From the sequence record PZ452609.1: a stretch of 64,000 nucleotides of DNA; one strand, 5' to 3'. A program made the position numbers and the translations under genes. This document shows, in pieces, positions 31,069 to 40,812 of the stretch. The DNA is from a phage. The number at the start of each line of letters is the position of its first letter. The first letter of the stretch is position 1. The notes below the pieces were generated by a model that had not been told where the DNA came from, made no database searches, and worked only from the letters and a program-made list of their open reading frames with translations.

Positions 31069-31226
31069 AAATTTTACTGTCACTTGGTAGTGTAGCAGTC
31101 CTTGTTTATCTTCTTTGTAAGTACTTTGCAGAACACAAGAAGTGTGACTACTGTAACGGAGAAGGGTATACAAGAGCAGGTTGTTGCCCTATGTGTGGTG
31201 GTTCTGGTAAAATGTTTAATAAGTAA
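31050..31226 (+). CDS. small membrane-anchored zinc-ribbon protein
   Basis: 58-aa ORF not in the track (MQAYWVEILLSLGSVAVLVYLL..CDYCNG..CPMCGG) with GAGGGGTG RBS. Confidence 0.4.
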   Translation: MQAYWVEILLSLGSVAVLVYLLCKYFAEHKKCDYCNGEGYTRAGCCPMCGGSGKMFNK

Positions 31227-31254
31227 TTTAACAGTAAACTAAGAGGAAAGTATT

Positions 31255-33621
31255 ATGCGCATGGTAAATGACCACGCAGAAGTGATTAAGAGTTCAACTT
31301 CTTTAGAGACGTCTCAAGCACAGATTACAATGACACCTGAGATGTTCAGCCTTTTGAGTTCTGGTGTATATACCTTTAAAGAAAGGGCAGTGATTCGTGA
31401 ACTGTCATGTAACGCAGTAGATGCTCAGAAAGAAGCTGGAAAAGAGAACATTCCGTTCCATGTGCATTTACCTACTCGTTTTGAGCCTTACTTTGAAGTT
31501 CGTGATTTTGGAACTGGATTGACTCATGATAAAGTTATGAGTTTGTACCTAAACTACGGGGCTTCTACGAAGAATGACTCTAATGACTACATTGGTGCAA
31601 TGGGTATCGGCTCAAAATCCCCATTTGCAATTGCTCAGTCATTCACAGTATCTAGCTATGTTGATGGTGTTGTTAATAAGTACTCTGTTTATCTTGAGAA
31701 TGGTATCCCTCAAGTAACTAAGCTGACCACTAACCCAACAAAAGAACCTAATGGTTTAGCTGTACGTGTGGCAGTTGCTGACCACCGTATCTCAAAGTTC
31801 TTTGAAGAAGCTGGAAATGTGTACTCATACTTCACTGTAAAACCAGAAAGTAATATTGAGTACGACGATGTATTAGCAGATATGAACGTCATTGCCCGTG
31901 AAGAAGGTGTTTATGATGCCATGATTCATAAGCAAAGCTGGCGTTCTAGTGGTAACAGGACAGAGTTTAATGTGGTGATGGGTAATATTGCCTATCCAGT
32001 GAACATGGAAGCATTACTTGGTGATGATTTCTTCAAAGTCTTGCCAGAGTTTTTCCGTAGGAGCGTAGACCTTGTAAACATCTACATGCCTATTGGTTCA
32101 GTTGCTATAGCAGCTTCTCGTGAAGCATTGCAGATGAATGATACGACAAAAAATGTTATCATCGAGGCTACCAAAAAGATAACTGAAGCAATTACAAAGG
32201 ATGTTATCAAGAAAGTTAATAGCCAACCTACACTCATGGATGCTGCACAGGCTTATGCAGAGCTACGTTTGAACTCACGAGAGATGTTTAATGCTGTGTG
32301 TCCAAAGCTAGAGTGGGGAGGCATTAAGCTTGATTCTCTGGAAGAAGAATTGTTAAACATTCGTCGTGGAATTATCTACGCAGAAGACGGCTCAGTCATT
32401 TATGAACGTGACGGTAAAGGCAATATTAAGGTTGATAGGAACGGGAACAATATCCCTAAAGTAGATTATCTTTATGACCCAGTTGCTTATGTCAAGTTCA
32501 ACTCTTTAGAGAGTAAGATTCGTGCAACAGCACTTTCCTACACTCAAGAGGCAAGCATGTTCAATATCTTTGGTGCAATGCGTAAAAGCCAAATTGAACA
32601 GTTTTTGTTCGTGATTAATGACCGTCGCAATAAAAACGGTACTGAGAAGACTGTAGGACGCAATCAAATTTTGCGTGGTGCATGTCGAGACTACGCCAGT
32701 GAGTCAAATCTGTTTCACAGATACAATGGTATTGTCTTTGTATTCTCGACTGAAAAAGAGTTAGATGATTTAATCAATCTACACAAACTTGATAAAAGCT
32801 TGTTAAAGATTGTGAAGATGTCTGATAAGGAACACCACTATCAGCGTAAAGAAGCTGTAAGGGGTGTTGTAAAACTCTGGAAAGCTGTTCCAGCAGAAAC
32901 TAAAGCTTCATACAAAGAGGTGTCAGAAGACTTAGACACAATTGAAGAGCCTCAGCTTTATATTAAGGCAGTAGGTGACACAGTTGATGGTAGATGTTTT
33001 TGCTCATCTCCAGAGGATGTAGCTAAGTCAGTTGCTAATGTTACAGGCAAGACAGTCTATGTTTTCCGAAAAGCAAATTGGAAAAAGATACCAGAAGACT
33101 GGATTGAAGTAGATGAGAAGCTCTTGAACGACAGCTTAACTGATGTTCATTGGATTAACCATAACAGGTATATGACACGCATCTACATGGATGGTGTCCT
33201 CGACCTTACAAGCAGTTGGATTATTGCCAGAAACTTTACGTTCAATAACAGGAAGATTTCTCGCGGGTATTGTTATTCAAGGGATACTATTAAGACAATC
33301 TTCTTAGAAGGGAATGAAGATGCTGTTGAGGCAATGTTCGGTAAGATTCAGTATGTGGCTGCACCGTTTGCATACACTTACACTATCAGTGTTCTTCAGG
33401 ATTTGAAGTCATGCCTTGATAATGACACAAAACTGTACAAAAAGATTAAAAAAGCAGGTGACCGCATGGTTATCAAGCTGACAAACTATCTTTCAAAAAG
33501 AAAACAAGAAAACTTCTTGCTTTCACACTTAGATTGGAATAAAGTATCACCTATCGAAGTGAGTAAGTTTTTAGGCTTTAATGTGAAATGTGTTCCAGAA
33601 GGTACAACAATTTACGATTAA
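31255..33621 (+). CDS. rIIA: rIIA-like protein (ATPase-fold)
   Basis: AVIRELSCNAVDAQ, RDFGTGL and NDYIGAMGIGSKSPF match T4 rIIA N-terminal motifs. Confidence 0.8.
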   Translation: MRMVNDHAEVIKSSTSLETSQAQITMTPEMFSLLSSGVYTFKERAVIRELSCNAVDAQKEAGKENIPFHVHLPTRFEPYFEVRDFGTGLTHDKVMSLYLNYGASTKNDSNDYIGAMGIGSKSPFAIAQSFTVSSYVDGVVNKYSVYLENGIPQVTKLTTNPTKEPNGLAVRVAVADHRISKFFEEAGNVYSYFTVKPESNIEYDDVLADMNVIAREEGVYDAMIHKQSWRSSGNRTEFNVVMGNIAYPVNMEALLGDDFFKVLPEFFRRSVDLVNIYMPIGSVAIAASREALQMNDTTKNVIIEATKKITEAITKDVIKKVNSQPTLMDAAQAYAELRLNSREMFNAVCPKLEWGGIKLDSLEEELLNIRRGIIYAEDGSVIYERDGKGNIKVDRNGNNIPKVDYLYDPVAYVKFNSLESKIRATALSYTQEASMFNIFGAMRKSQIEQFLFVINDRRNKNGTEKTVGRNQILRGACRDYASESNLFHRYNGIVFVFSTEKELDDLINLHKLDKSLLKIVKMSDKEHHYQRKEAVRGVVKLWKAVPAETKASYKEVSEDLDTIEEPQLYIKAVGDTVDGRCFCSSPEDVAKSVANVTGKTVYVFRKANWKKIPEDWIEVDEKLLNDSLTDVHWINHNRYMTRIYMDGVLDLTSSWIIARNFTFNNRKISRGYCYSRDTIKTIFLEGNEDAVEAMFGKIQYVAAPFAYTYTISVLQDLKSCLDNDTKLYKKIKKAGDRMVIKLTNYLSKRKQENFLLSHLDWNKVSPIEVSKFLGFNVKCVPEGTTIYD

Positions 33622-33700
33622 AGTGTTTGACAAGGGGCTTTGAAGCCCCTTAGAATAGCCTCACAAATTGATTGATTAACTAACAAGAGAGAGTAATAAG

Positions 33701-34810
33701 ATGACTACTAAAACTAAAGCACAGATTGACGCAGAAATTTACAAACTGGTTAAAGAAGGTAAGCTGACTAAAACAGCTATTGCACAGAAGTTCAATACTT
33801 CAACCCGTTCAGTTGGTCGTGCTGTAGAGCGTCATGAAGCAACCTTAAAAGGCAAGAAGAAGGCAACTTCTACACCAGCTACGAAGACTTTGAAACAATT
33901 TGCTAAGACTTTTAAAAAGAAAGCTGGCAAACCAGTTGAAAAGGTCGTTAAAGACACTGTACAGAAAGCTCCAGTAAATAAACTGCACGAAGCTATGCAG
34001 AAAGATGACAAGATTGAGTACATGATTACTGGTGATTCTGTAATTATGACTTATGGTTCAGAATCTGAAATTGTTGAGTCTACTCATCCGAACTATCAAG
34101 AGATTGTAGTTCATGTTGTGAAAGGTCAGTTCAAGAAAGCATTTGAACTGATGAACATTCGTAAGTCTATCGAAAACTTCACTCAGGGTGCTATCACAAT
34201 CAAAGGCGACAAGCTATTCTACGGTGCTGTTGAGATGCGTTCTACTCTGGTTGACCGTATTCTTCACATGATGAAAACTGGCGATAAAGGTTTTGAACGA
34301 CTTGTAATGTTCTTCGAAAAACTGATGGAAAACCCATCTAAAGATTCTGTAGAACAACTTTGGGGATTTGTATCTCACCTTGATGTTGAAATTGATGAAG
34401 AAGGCTACATCATTGGTTGGAAGAAAGTCTCTACTCGTGAAGGCAAGCTGGTTGACTCTCACACCTACAAAGTGCCTAATGATTTGGGTAACATTGTAGA
34501 AATGCCACGTTGGATGGTTGATAATAACCGTAACGTAACTTGCTCTCAAGGTCTTCATGTTGGTGCTTGGGATTATGTTCGTTGCTTCTCAGGTGATACA
34601 ATCCTGAAGGTTCGCGTACATCCACGAGATGTTGTATCTGTTCCAACTGATTACAATGATATGAAGATGCGTTCCTCTCGTTATGAAGTTGCAGCAATCG
34701 TTGATAATCAACGTAAAGTGCTGGAAGCATGGGACGGTAAGACTGAAGCTTTGCATGTCATCGTTGGCACTGCTGGTGAACTCATCTCTCAACGTAAACG
34801 TGAAATCTAA
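33701..34810 (+). CDS. rIIB: rIIB-like protein
   Basis: LFYGAVEMRSTLVDRIL, IVEMPRWMVD and VHPRDVVSVPTDYNDMKMRSSRYEV match T4 rIIB. Confidence 0.8.
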   Translation: MTTKTKAQIDAEIYKLVKEGKLTKTAIAQKFNTSTRSVGRAVERHEATLKGKKKATSTPATKTLKQFAKTFKKKAGKPVEKVVKDTVQKAPVNKLHEAMQKDDKIEYMITGDSVIMTYGSESEIVESTHPNYQEIVVHVVKGQFKKAFELMNIRKSIENFTQGAITIKGDKLFYGAVEMRSTLVDRILHMMKTGDKGFERLVMFFEKLMENPSKDSVEQLWGFVSHLDVEIDEEGYIIGWKKVSTREGKLVDSHTYKVPNDLGNIVEMPRWMVDNNRNVTCSQGLHVGAWDYVRCFSGDTILKVRVHPRDVVSVPTDYNDMKMRSSRYEVAAIVDNQRKVLEAWDGKTEALHVIVGTAGELISQRKREI

Positions 34811-34826
34811 TAAGTAATTTCTTAAA

Positions 34827-34849
34827 AGGCTGCTTCGGCGGCCTTTTTT
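34827..34849 (+). terminator. rho-independent terminator (UUCG-type loop)
   Basis: aggctgc-ttcg-gcggcct then tttttt, after rIIB. Confidence 0.6.
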
Positions 34850-34910
34850 ATTTGTATTTTGTGCAGAGTGCTGTATAATTGATGTCACGATAAACTAAAC
34901 AGGAGAACCA

Positions 34911-35459
34911 ATGAAGAAATTGATTCTAGGTTTGTGCTTAATGTTTACAGCACACTTATCTTATGCAGTTGACTGCCCAGAACTATCAATTAGCCAAAAA
35001 GTGAACATGTTAAAAGCTTACCAGTATGGTGAGAATAACATGGGTAAAGGTTGGGGTATCACTCTAGCAGCTATAGCCTTACAAGAGTCAGAGTTAGGTC
35101 TGAAGGTAGAAAATAAAAAGACCCATGACTATGGTATCTTCCAGAATCACTTGAAGACTGTTGTAAAGCGTAACAAAATTAGTCCTAATGTTGCTAAAAA
35201 GAAACTCTTAAAAGATTTTGACTATGCCGCAAAAGAAACACATAAAGAGCTTGAGTTTTGGACGAAGGTGCATGGTCACCCAAAGTCAAAGAAGACTTTA
35301 CAAAAAGTTTTAGCATCATATAATGCTGGGTATTCGTACAGAATCCCTAAAGCTAAGAAATATTCTCAAGATGTCTATAACAACATGAAAGTTATTGCTC
35401 AATGTGAATTTGCAACAAACATTTCTAAGGTAAACCATGAAAAAATTAAAAAAGTCTGA
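34911..35459 (+). CDS. secreted protein
   Basis: Signal-peptide-like MKKLILGLCLMFTAHLSYA. Confidence 0.45.
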   Translation: MKKLILGLCLMFTAHLSYAVDCPELSISQKVNMLKAYQYGENNMGKGWGITLAAIALQESELGLKVENKKTHDYGIFQNHLKTVVKRNKISPNVAKKKLLKDFDYAAKETHKELEFWTKVHGHPKSKKTLQKVLASYNAGYSYRIPKAKKYSQDVYNNMKVIAQCEFATNISKVNHEKIKKV

Positions 35460-36132
35460 TGAAGTCCTGTGCCACGCTTATGACTTACATCCTCATGAGT
35501 TAGGTCTTGATTCCTGTGTATGGACTCCAGAACAGTGTAGGGATTTTGAAGACACTGCAAGAGAAGTTGTATGTTCACTGGAAGAGTTCCACACATCAGA
35601 ACCAATTGTGAACGTTGTGGACAAAGAGACTGGACAAACTATAGGTGTAAGGCGCGATAGTTTAGTCATAGTCAATAAAGACCTTGTAGAAAAAGGTAAC
35701 CTCATCTTAGCAGATATTGATGGTGTTCTTACAAATTTTAATCACGAAGATTGCTCAACGGAATTGACTGATGGTTCATTCTCACAGTACACTAATCTTC
35801 TTGATTCTGTAAGAGCAAAGCCAACATATGTTTTCAACATTATTGATGCAATTGCAAATCATGCAGCAGTTGGACTCTTGACAGCAAGAGGTGAATCTCA
35901 GAGAATACCTACTGAGATGTTTTTAAGGCACAATATAGAGCATGATTACTTGCTTTTTATGCGTGGTTTTGGAACTAACTCTATAAGTGCAGAAAGTTTG
36001 AAAGTGAGGATGATTCAGTCTTGCATTCTTCCTTACTTTAATATAGTATGCTTTATAGAAGATACAGAGAATAATGTTCAGAAGGTAAACAGAATCCTTC
36101 CACACATTAAAACTATGTTAGTTAAACATTGA
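35437..36132 (+). CDS. hypothetical protein
   Basis: 231-aa ORF. Confidence 0.4.
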   Translation: MKKLKKSDEVLCHAYDLHPHELGLDSCVWTPEQCRDFEDTAREVVCSLEEFHTSEPIVNVVDKETGQTIGVRRDSLVIVNKDLVEKGNLILADIDGVLTNFNHEDCSTELTDGSFSQYTNLLDSVRAKPTYVFNIIDAIANHAAVGLLTARGESQRIPTEMFLRHNIEHDYLLFMRGFGTNSISAESLKVRMIQSCILPYFNIVCFIEDTENNVQKVNRILPHIKTMLVKH

Positions 36133-36143
36133 GAGAAGAACTT

Positions 36144-36608
36144 ATGAACAATATTATTACGGTAGCACTGGACGATACGGCAAACAAATCTGAAGTAGTT
36201 CGTAAAATGATTCAAGGTAACTTTGAAGGTAAAATTTTCCGTGCTGTTAATGTAAAAGCTGATGGTAGCATTCGTGAATATCGTGCATTGTTGAACGTTA
36301 AGAAGCACGTAAAAGGTGTTGGTTCAACGACTGCACACAAAGAAAACCTGATGACTATCTATGATATGGGTAAGGCTTCAGAGTTAGGTGCTGAAGGTAT
36401 CGTTAAAGAAGGTGCTCCGTATCGCTCTTTCAATCTGGAAACTACTCTTATGCTTTCCTTTACAAGTGGTTCCAAAACAATCACTTATCTCTTTACTGAT
36501 GCTGCAACGGTATCTGCTATTAAGGATAGCACTGTCAAAGCTGGCGTAGTTGCTGCTGCAAAAGCTTCTTCGATGGCTGCAAATATCCTTGCTAAAGTCC
36601 TCGGTTAA
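36144..36608 (+). CDS. hypothetical protein
   Basis: Start moved to MNNIITV with GAGAGAAG RBS; followed by terminator. Confidence 0.45.
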   Translation: MNNIITVALDDTANKSEVVRKMIQGNFEGKIFRAVNVKADGSIREYRALLNVKKHVKGVGSTTAHKENLMTIYDMGKASELGAEGIVKEGAPYRSFNLETTLMLSFTSGSKTITYLFTDAATVSAIKDSTVKAGVVAAAKASSMAANILAKVLG

Positions 36609-36620
36609 GGTTAAGATACA

Positions 36621-36641
36621 GGCTCCTTCGGGAGCCTTTTT
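36621..36641 (+). terminator. rho-independent terminator (UUCG-type loop)
   Basis: ggctcc-ttcg-ggagcc then ttttt. Confidence 0.6.
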
Positions 36642-36660
36642 CATTTCAGGAGATTGTTAA

Positions 36661-37008
36661 ATGACATTTAAAGAGTTCTGTCAAGCTACTTTCATAATTG
36701 TTTTCTTAGTTGGGGCAGGTGTCTGGGGAGGATACTCTTACAGAGACTACCAAGTTGCTGAAACTGAGCTAAACAACCAGAAGCTAATAAGTGTTGCTAA
36801 AGATGCTTATCAGGAAGGATTAGCTACACTGAGCACCAATTACAAAAATGATTTGAAAGACGTGCTTGCTAAGAATAAGCACACAAAAGAGGTACTGACA
36901 TATGAAAAGACTAAGCCAGAGTTTTATAATGTTTGTGTTACTGATAACTATGTCAGGGTGTTCAACGAACAAAGTGAGCAATACATTCAAAAACTCCCAA
37001 GTAAGTGA
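36661..37008 (+). CDS. membrane protein; possible i-spanin
   Basis: N-terminal TM segment FIIVFLVGAGVWGG, then coiled-coil-like region; 3' end overlaps the next ORF. Confidence 0.35.
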   Translation: MTFKEFCQATFIIVFLVGAGVWGGYSYRDYQVAETELNNQKLISVAKDAYQEGLATLSTNYKNDLKDVLAKNKHTKEVLTYEKTKPEFYNVCVTDNYVRVFNEQSEQYIQKLPSK

Positions 37009-37168
37009 AAGTGATAAGTACACTCAGGAAGATGTAAGATATGCTGTCAAAGGTAACACTGGTGCAGACTTATCAGAAGCCCTTGAGTTTTATCGTGACG
37101 GGTACTATCAGTGTACTATGAAAGCTAACAACTTGATTGATATGATTTTATTAGGGAATAAGCAGTAA
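36902..37168 (+). CDS. lipoprotein; possible o-spanin
   Basis: Signal + lipobox FVLLITMSGC; out-of-frame overlap with upstream membrane protein. Confidence 0.35.
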   Translation: MKRLSQSFIMFVLLITMSGCSTNKVSNTFKNSQVSESDKYTQEDVRYAVKGNTGADLSEALEFYRDGYYQCTMKANNLIDMILLGNKQ

Positions 37169-37440
37169 TGACACAAAGTAATGATGAAACTTTCTACACA
37201 GAAGGTTACTTACTTCTACCGAGACCGAAAGATACTTACATGAGGATTGATTTCTTACCTACGATTATGGATAATGTAATGTGTCACATCTTTATGCAAG
37301 GTATCACAGCACAGCTTAAGCATGTTGGTAAAGAGTGCAAAATAAAGGTTGACACTCATCCAGAAATCAAAGAGAATCACTACACATGGTTCCTACCAGA
37401 CTCTAAAGAAATCTTAGCAGTTCTTAAAACGAGGAAATGA
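37168..37440 (+). CDS. hypothetical protein
   Basis: 90-aa ORF. Confidence 0.35.
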   Translation: MTQSNDETFYTEGYLLLPRPKDTYMRIDFLPTIMDNVMCHIFMQGITAQLKHVGKECKIKVDTHPEIKENHYTWFLPDSKEILAVLKTRK

Positions 37441-37751
37441 TTATGCAATTCCAGCCAACAAATCGTGGATTTTCTTATGCAGAATTTAAAGATGCTAAAG
37501 GGGAAATTTGTACTTTACAAGAGAGTTCATCATACGAACCATGTATCTGGTTAGGTGCTAAAGAGGTCTCTGTTCAGTACCTAGATAATGGCTGGAAAAC
37601 ACTTGATATCCCAGCATTAGTTGGTAAAGATTTTATAGGTAATCAAAGAATGAAGCTCAATCAAGAACAGGTAAAAGAGTTGTTGCCGTACCTTCAATAC
37701 TTTGCTGAAAATGGTGAATTACCAACAGAGGAACTTACAAATGCAGATTAA
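37437..37751 (+). CDS. hypothetical protein
   Basis: 104-aa ORF. Confidence 0.35.
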   Translation: MIMQFQPTNRGFSYAEFKDAKGEICTLQESSSYEPCIWLGAKEVSVQYLDNGWKTLDIPALVGKDFIGNQRMKLNQEQVKELLPYLQYFAENGELPTEELTNAD

Positions 37752-38067
37752 TGGAAGAGACTTTGTAGCCGTTTACTACGAGAAAGGTAAAGAAGTTGGC
37801 GTAGCGCAAGTATCTTATGGCAATGGTGGGTGGCTATATGGAACAATCGCAGTAGTTGGAACGAGAAGTGATACAAAAACTTTTAAAGATTGTGTTGACC
37901 TTCTTGAAGAATCCATTCAGAATCATTGGTGTCTGATATGGATGACTGACAACGAAGTGATAGAACGCTTCAAAAAGATTGATATCAACATTGATAGTAT
38001 TGAGCATGTTGATTTATATGAGCTAACTGAGAAGGTAAACTATGAGAGTAATTCTAGCCAGAGATAA
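37741..38067 (+). CDS. hypothetical protein
   Basis: Start moved to MQINGRDF with GAGGA RBS. Confidence 0.35.
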   Translation: MQINGRDFVAVYYEKGKEVGVAQVSYGNGGWLYGTIAVVGTRSDTKTFKDCVDLLEESIQNHWCLIWMTDNEVIERFKKIDINIDSIEHVDLYELTEKVNYESNSSQR

Positions 38068-38269
38068 AAAGACACGGAAACTCATCCGGTCAGCAGTATT
38101 CATTGGAAGAAATGAAGTCATCCCGTTTACAGCAAACGATGTGATAGCCTACAGGAAAAACTTAGTGTTTAGTGATTGCTTGCGTGGCTTCATCTCCCAA
38201 CCGTTGGAAGATTTTAAAAGCCGTTGTGGTAAAGGTATCATCATTCAAGAGGCAATTATCAATGGCTGA
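38042..38269 (+). CDS. hypothetical protein
   Basis: 75-aa ORF. Confidence 0.3.
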   Translation: MRVILARDKKTRKLIRSAVFIGRNEVIPFTANDVIAYRKNLVFSDCLRGFISQPLEDFKSRCGKGIIIQEAIING

Positions 38270-38462
38270 CTTCTGCAAAGACTGTTCTATCGAAATGTTC
38301 GGACGTGATACAGGTGACTTAAAAGGTCTTATCACTGAAGATGACTTTAAAGCTGGTTATGCAATGCCAGTAATCTGTGAAGGTTGTGGGTGCATCTGGG
38401 TAGACCACGAAGGACAACGTGTAAAACCTTCAGAAGACAAAGAATCTTGGGAGAGATGTTAA
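38263..38462 (+). CDS. small zinc-ribbon protein
   Basis: Start at MADFCKDCS; CKDCS..CEGCGC. Confidence 0.3.
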
Positions 38463-39248
38463 ATGGGTATTGTAAAAATAATTAATGGTGATATCTTTGC
38501 CGCATTTGATAAAGGTAAGTTTGACATCATCGGTCACGGTTGCAACTGTATGAATTTAATGGGTGCAGGTATCGCTGACAAGATTTCTAAACTTTACCCA
38601 AAAGCATATGAGACCGATACAGAAGTTTATCTGTATGCAGGTGGTATAGGACACAAACCCTGTGAAAATTTACTGGGTAATTTCTCTGTAGCACGTTTAA
38701 AACAAGGTCGTATAGCTAACCTTTACACTCAGCTTAAGACTGGTAAAGATGCCCGATACAGTGCTTTAGAGTCATCTTTGAAACAGCTTAACAGATACTG
38801 TGAAGTTAATCAGTTGAAGAAGGTTGGTTTACCTATGATTGGTGCAGGTATCGGTGGACTTGACCCTCAAGCCGTCACAGTTATCATTAATCAGGTGATG
38901 AAGAGTGTAGATGTTTATCTGTATGTCTACGAAGGAGAGATGTACCACAAGTTACGCTCAGGTTGGAATAACTACTGTGAACCAGAATACTTTGCAGGTG
39001 TAGTAACGTTCAAAGATGATACAGTTACCCTCTTCAGACGAAGAAAAGGTAAGATACATCAAAGTAACCCTCCGGTTGAGAAGATGTCTCTAAGTAACGC
39101 TCTAGTTACCCACCTGTCGAAGAGCAATCACAGGATAGCCGTAACATTTGGCAGTGATGCAGATACATATATTTATGCAAGAACTGATGAGGATATCGAG
39201 ACGGTCTTCTCTTCACCAGAAGTTACCTTCTTAGACGCAAAGAACTAA
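38463..39248 (+). CDS. macro-domain protein (ADP-ribose binding/processing)
   Basis: GHGCNCMNLMGAGIA and a second GAGIGG glycine-rich motif typical of macro domains. Confidence 0.7.
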   Translation: MGIVKIINGDIFAAFDKGKFDIIGHGCNCMNLMGAGIADKISKLYPKAYETDTEVYLYAGGIGHKPCENLLGNFSVARLKQGRIANLYTQLKTGKDARYSALESSLKQLNRYCEVNQLKKVGLPMIGAGIGGLDPQAVTVIINQVMKSVDVYLYVYEGEMYHKLRSGWNNYCEPEYFAGVVTFKDDTVTLFRRRKGKIHQSNPPVEKMSLSNALVTHLSKSNHRIAVTFGSDADTYIYARTDEDIETVFSSPEVTFLDAKN

Positions 39249-39317
39249 GAAACTCTGTATAATATTCACAATAGACTAAGCCTTCTTTATCTGGTAAATT
39301 TTTCAGGTAAGGAGGGC

Positions 39318-39501
39318 TTTTTCATTTCAGGATTGTGCAGGTAGAGTTCTGTAGAGAAATCTGTAGAGAGAATTTTGAACTCCAAAGAGAAAATTCATTT
39401 TCAAACTGTGCAGGTAATCTCCAAAGAGCTTTTTCATTTTCAAAACGTGCAGACCCCGCTCAGGTCGGGCAAGAAAAATCATTTTAGAATCGTGCAGGTA
39501 G
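39318..39501. repeat. four direct repeats of about 22 bp (tcatttYcaNaaYYgtgcagg), iteron-like
   Basis: Copies near 39318, 39391, 39428 and 39474, followed by a polypyrimidine tract 39524-39553. Confidence 0.6.
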
Positions 39502-39676
39502 GTTTTTATAGAGAGCCAGACCAACCCCTCTCCCCCTCTTACTCCACCTCTCCCCAAAAGTCAAGAGAAAAATTTGTAGCGGGTTGAAAAATAATTCTTG
39601 ATTTGTGTTCTGTTTTGTGGTAGTCGTGCGCGCCCGTTCATTTCCCAACCTTACAAAAAATATTTAATAAAAACCG

Positions 39677-39705
39677 TTGACACGCCAAACAAGTTTACGT
39701 ACTAT
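39677..39705 (+). promoter_or_regulatory. sigma70-like promoter heading the small-ORF array
   Basis: TTGACA, 17-bp spacer, TACTAT. Confidence 0.5.
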
Positions 39706-39754
39706 TTGCATCAGACGGGCAAGCAAGCCCACTTCCTAAACTGGAGAATCGAAA

Positions 39755-39961
39755 ATGCTTTATAGTCGTGAATTGATGGTTACAACTAACGTTAACACAA
39801 AGGTAAAACGTTTTTACATGCAAGTATGTGGCGCATGGTCTAGAATATCAGAGGCTGACTATTGCAACTATGTAGAAACAGCTATAAACTCTAATTGCTA
39901 CCTTACAAGAAATACAAGAAAGTACATAAGACAGACAGCAGTTTATTACTACGATGCCTAA
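39755..39961 (+). CDS. small hypothetical protein (array member 1)
   Basis: Preceded by conserved leader ..ctaaactggagaatcgaaa-ATG. Confidence 0.5.
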   Translation: MLYSRELMVTTNVNTKVKRFYMQVCGAWSRISEADYCNYVETAINSNCYLTRNTRKYIRQTAVYYYDA

Positions 39962-40052
39962 TAAAGTACTTTACAAGGGGCTTAAAAGCTGATATCTTAA
40001 GCCCCAGATAAAGAGCTTTACCAAATCAACCCTTAAACTAGGAGATTCAAAA
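39962..40052 (+). promoter_or_regulatory. intergenic cassette type A (conserved-stem hairpin + conserved leader/RBS)
   Basis: taaagtactttacaaggggcttaa..ttaagccccagataaagagctttacc..ctaaactaggagattcaaaa. Confidence 0.6.
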
Positions 40053-40433
40053 ATGGCATATCGTGCACCTAAATTCATCAACAAAGACAACTTTCGCAAC
40101 GCACTGGAGAAGTCACTTGATGAGAATTTTAAAGGTAACGTTATTGTTGTTCACTCGTTTAATTTTAAGTATGATATCAATGGGAATAAAATTAACCATT
40201 ACACGGCGACAATGCTAGATGGTACTCTTTCAAGTGAAAAAGCCATTTTACATGCACTTGCTGGACGTGGTAAAAACCTGATAAGATGCGATAAGAGACG
40301 TTATCAGGGTGGCGCATATGGTTACGATGATGCTGTTTATCATCTTGAAAATATGGGCTATCAAGTAGAAAAAGCTGGAGTGTCTCAAATAATCGGTAGT
40401 GATGGTTATGTAACAATCTTCAAAATTAACTGA
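40053..40433 (+). CDS. small hypothetical protein (array member 2)
   Basis: Conserved leader with GGAG RBS. Confidence 0.5.
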   Translation: MAYRAPKFINKDNFRNALEKSLDENFKGNVIVVHSFNFKYDINGNKINHYTATMLDGTLSSEKAILHALAGRGKNLIRCDKRRYQGGAYGYDDAVYHLENMGYQVEKAGVSQIIGSDGYVTIFKIN

Positions 40434-40521
40434 TAAAGTACTTTACAAGGGGCTTATAGTTCGATAAAGTAAGCCCCAGATAAAGAGCTTTACCACTAAA
40501 TCCTAAATTGGAGATTCAAAA
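40434..40521 (+). promoter_or_regulatory. intergenic cassette type A
   Basis: Same stem as other type A copies, different loop sequence. Confidence 0.6.
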
Positions 40522-40812
40522 ATGGCTACTATCAAAAACGTTGTAATTCCTGTAAAAACTCGTGATGACGCTCGCATCATGGCGAAAAAGTTAGGCGGGA
40601 AAGTGGTTGACAACGGAAAACAATCTGCTGTAAGATGGGGTGTGAAGGCTGATAAACAGTTGAAGTTAAAAAATTCACCAATAAATCTTTTTACATGTGT
40701 AAACACTATCGGAAAGACAAATGTATACACGAAAAAGGCATATATTAGACGCGTAGCCTTAACATCTCCAATTCGTACAATGAGAGGTTATGCAAAGCTG
40801 AAAATTAACTGA
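40522..40812 (+). CDS. small hypothetical protein (array member 3)
   Basis: Conserved leader with GGAG RBS. Confidence 0.5.
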   Translation: MATIKNVVIPVKTRDDARIMAKKLGGKVVDNGKQSAVRWGVKADKQLKLKNSPINLFTCVNTIGKTNVYTKKAYIRRVALTSPIRTMRGYAKLKIN

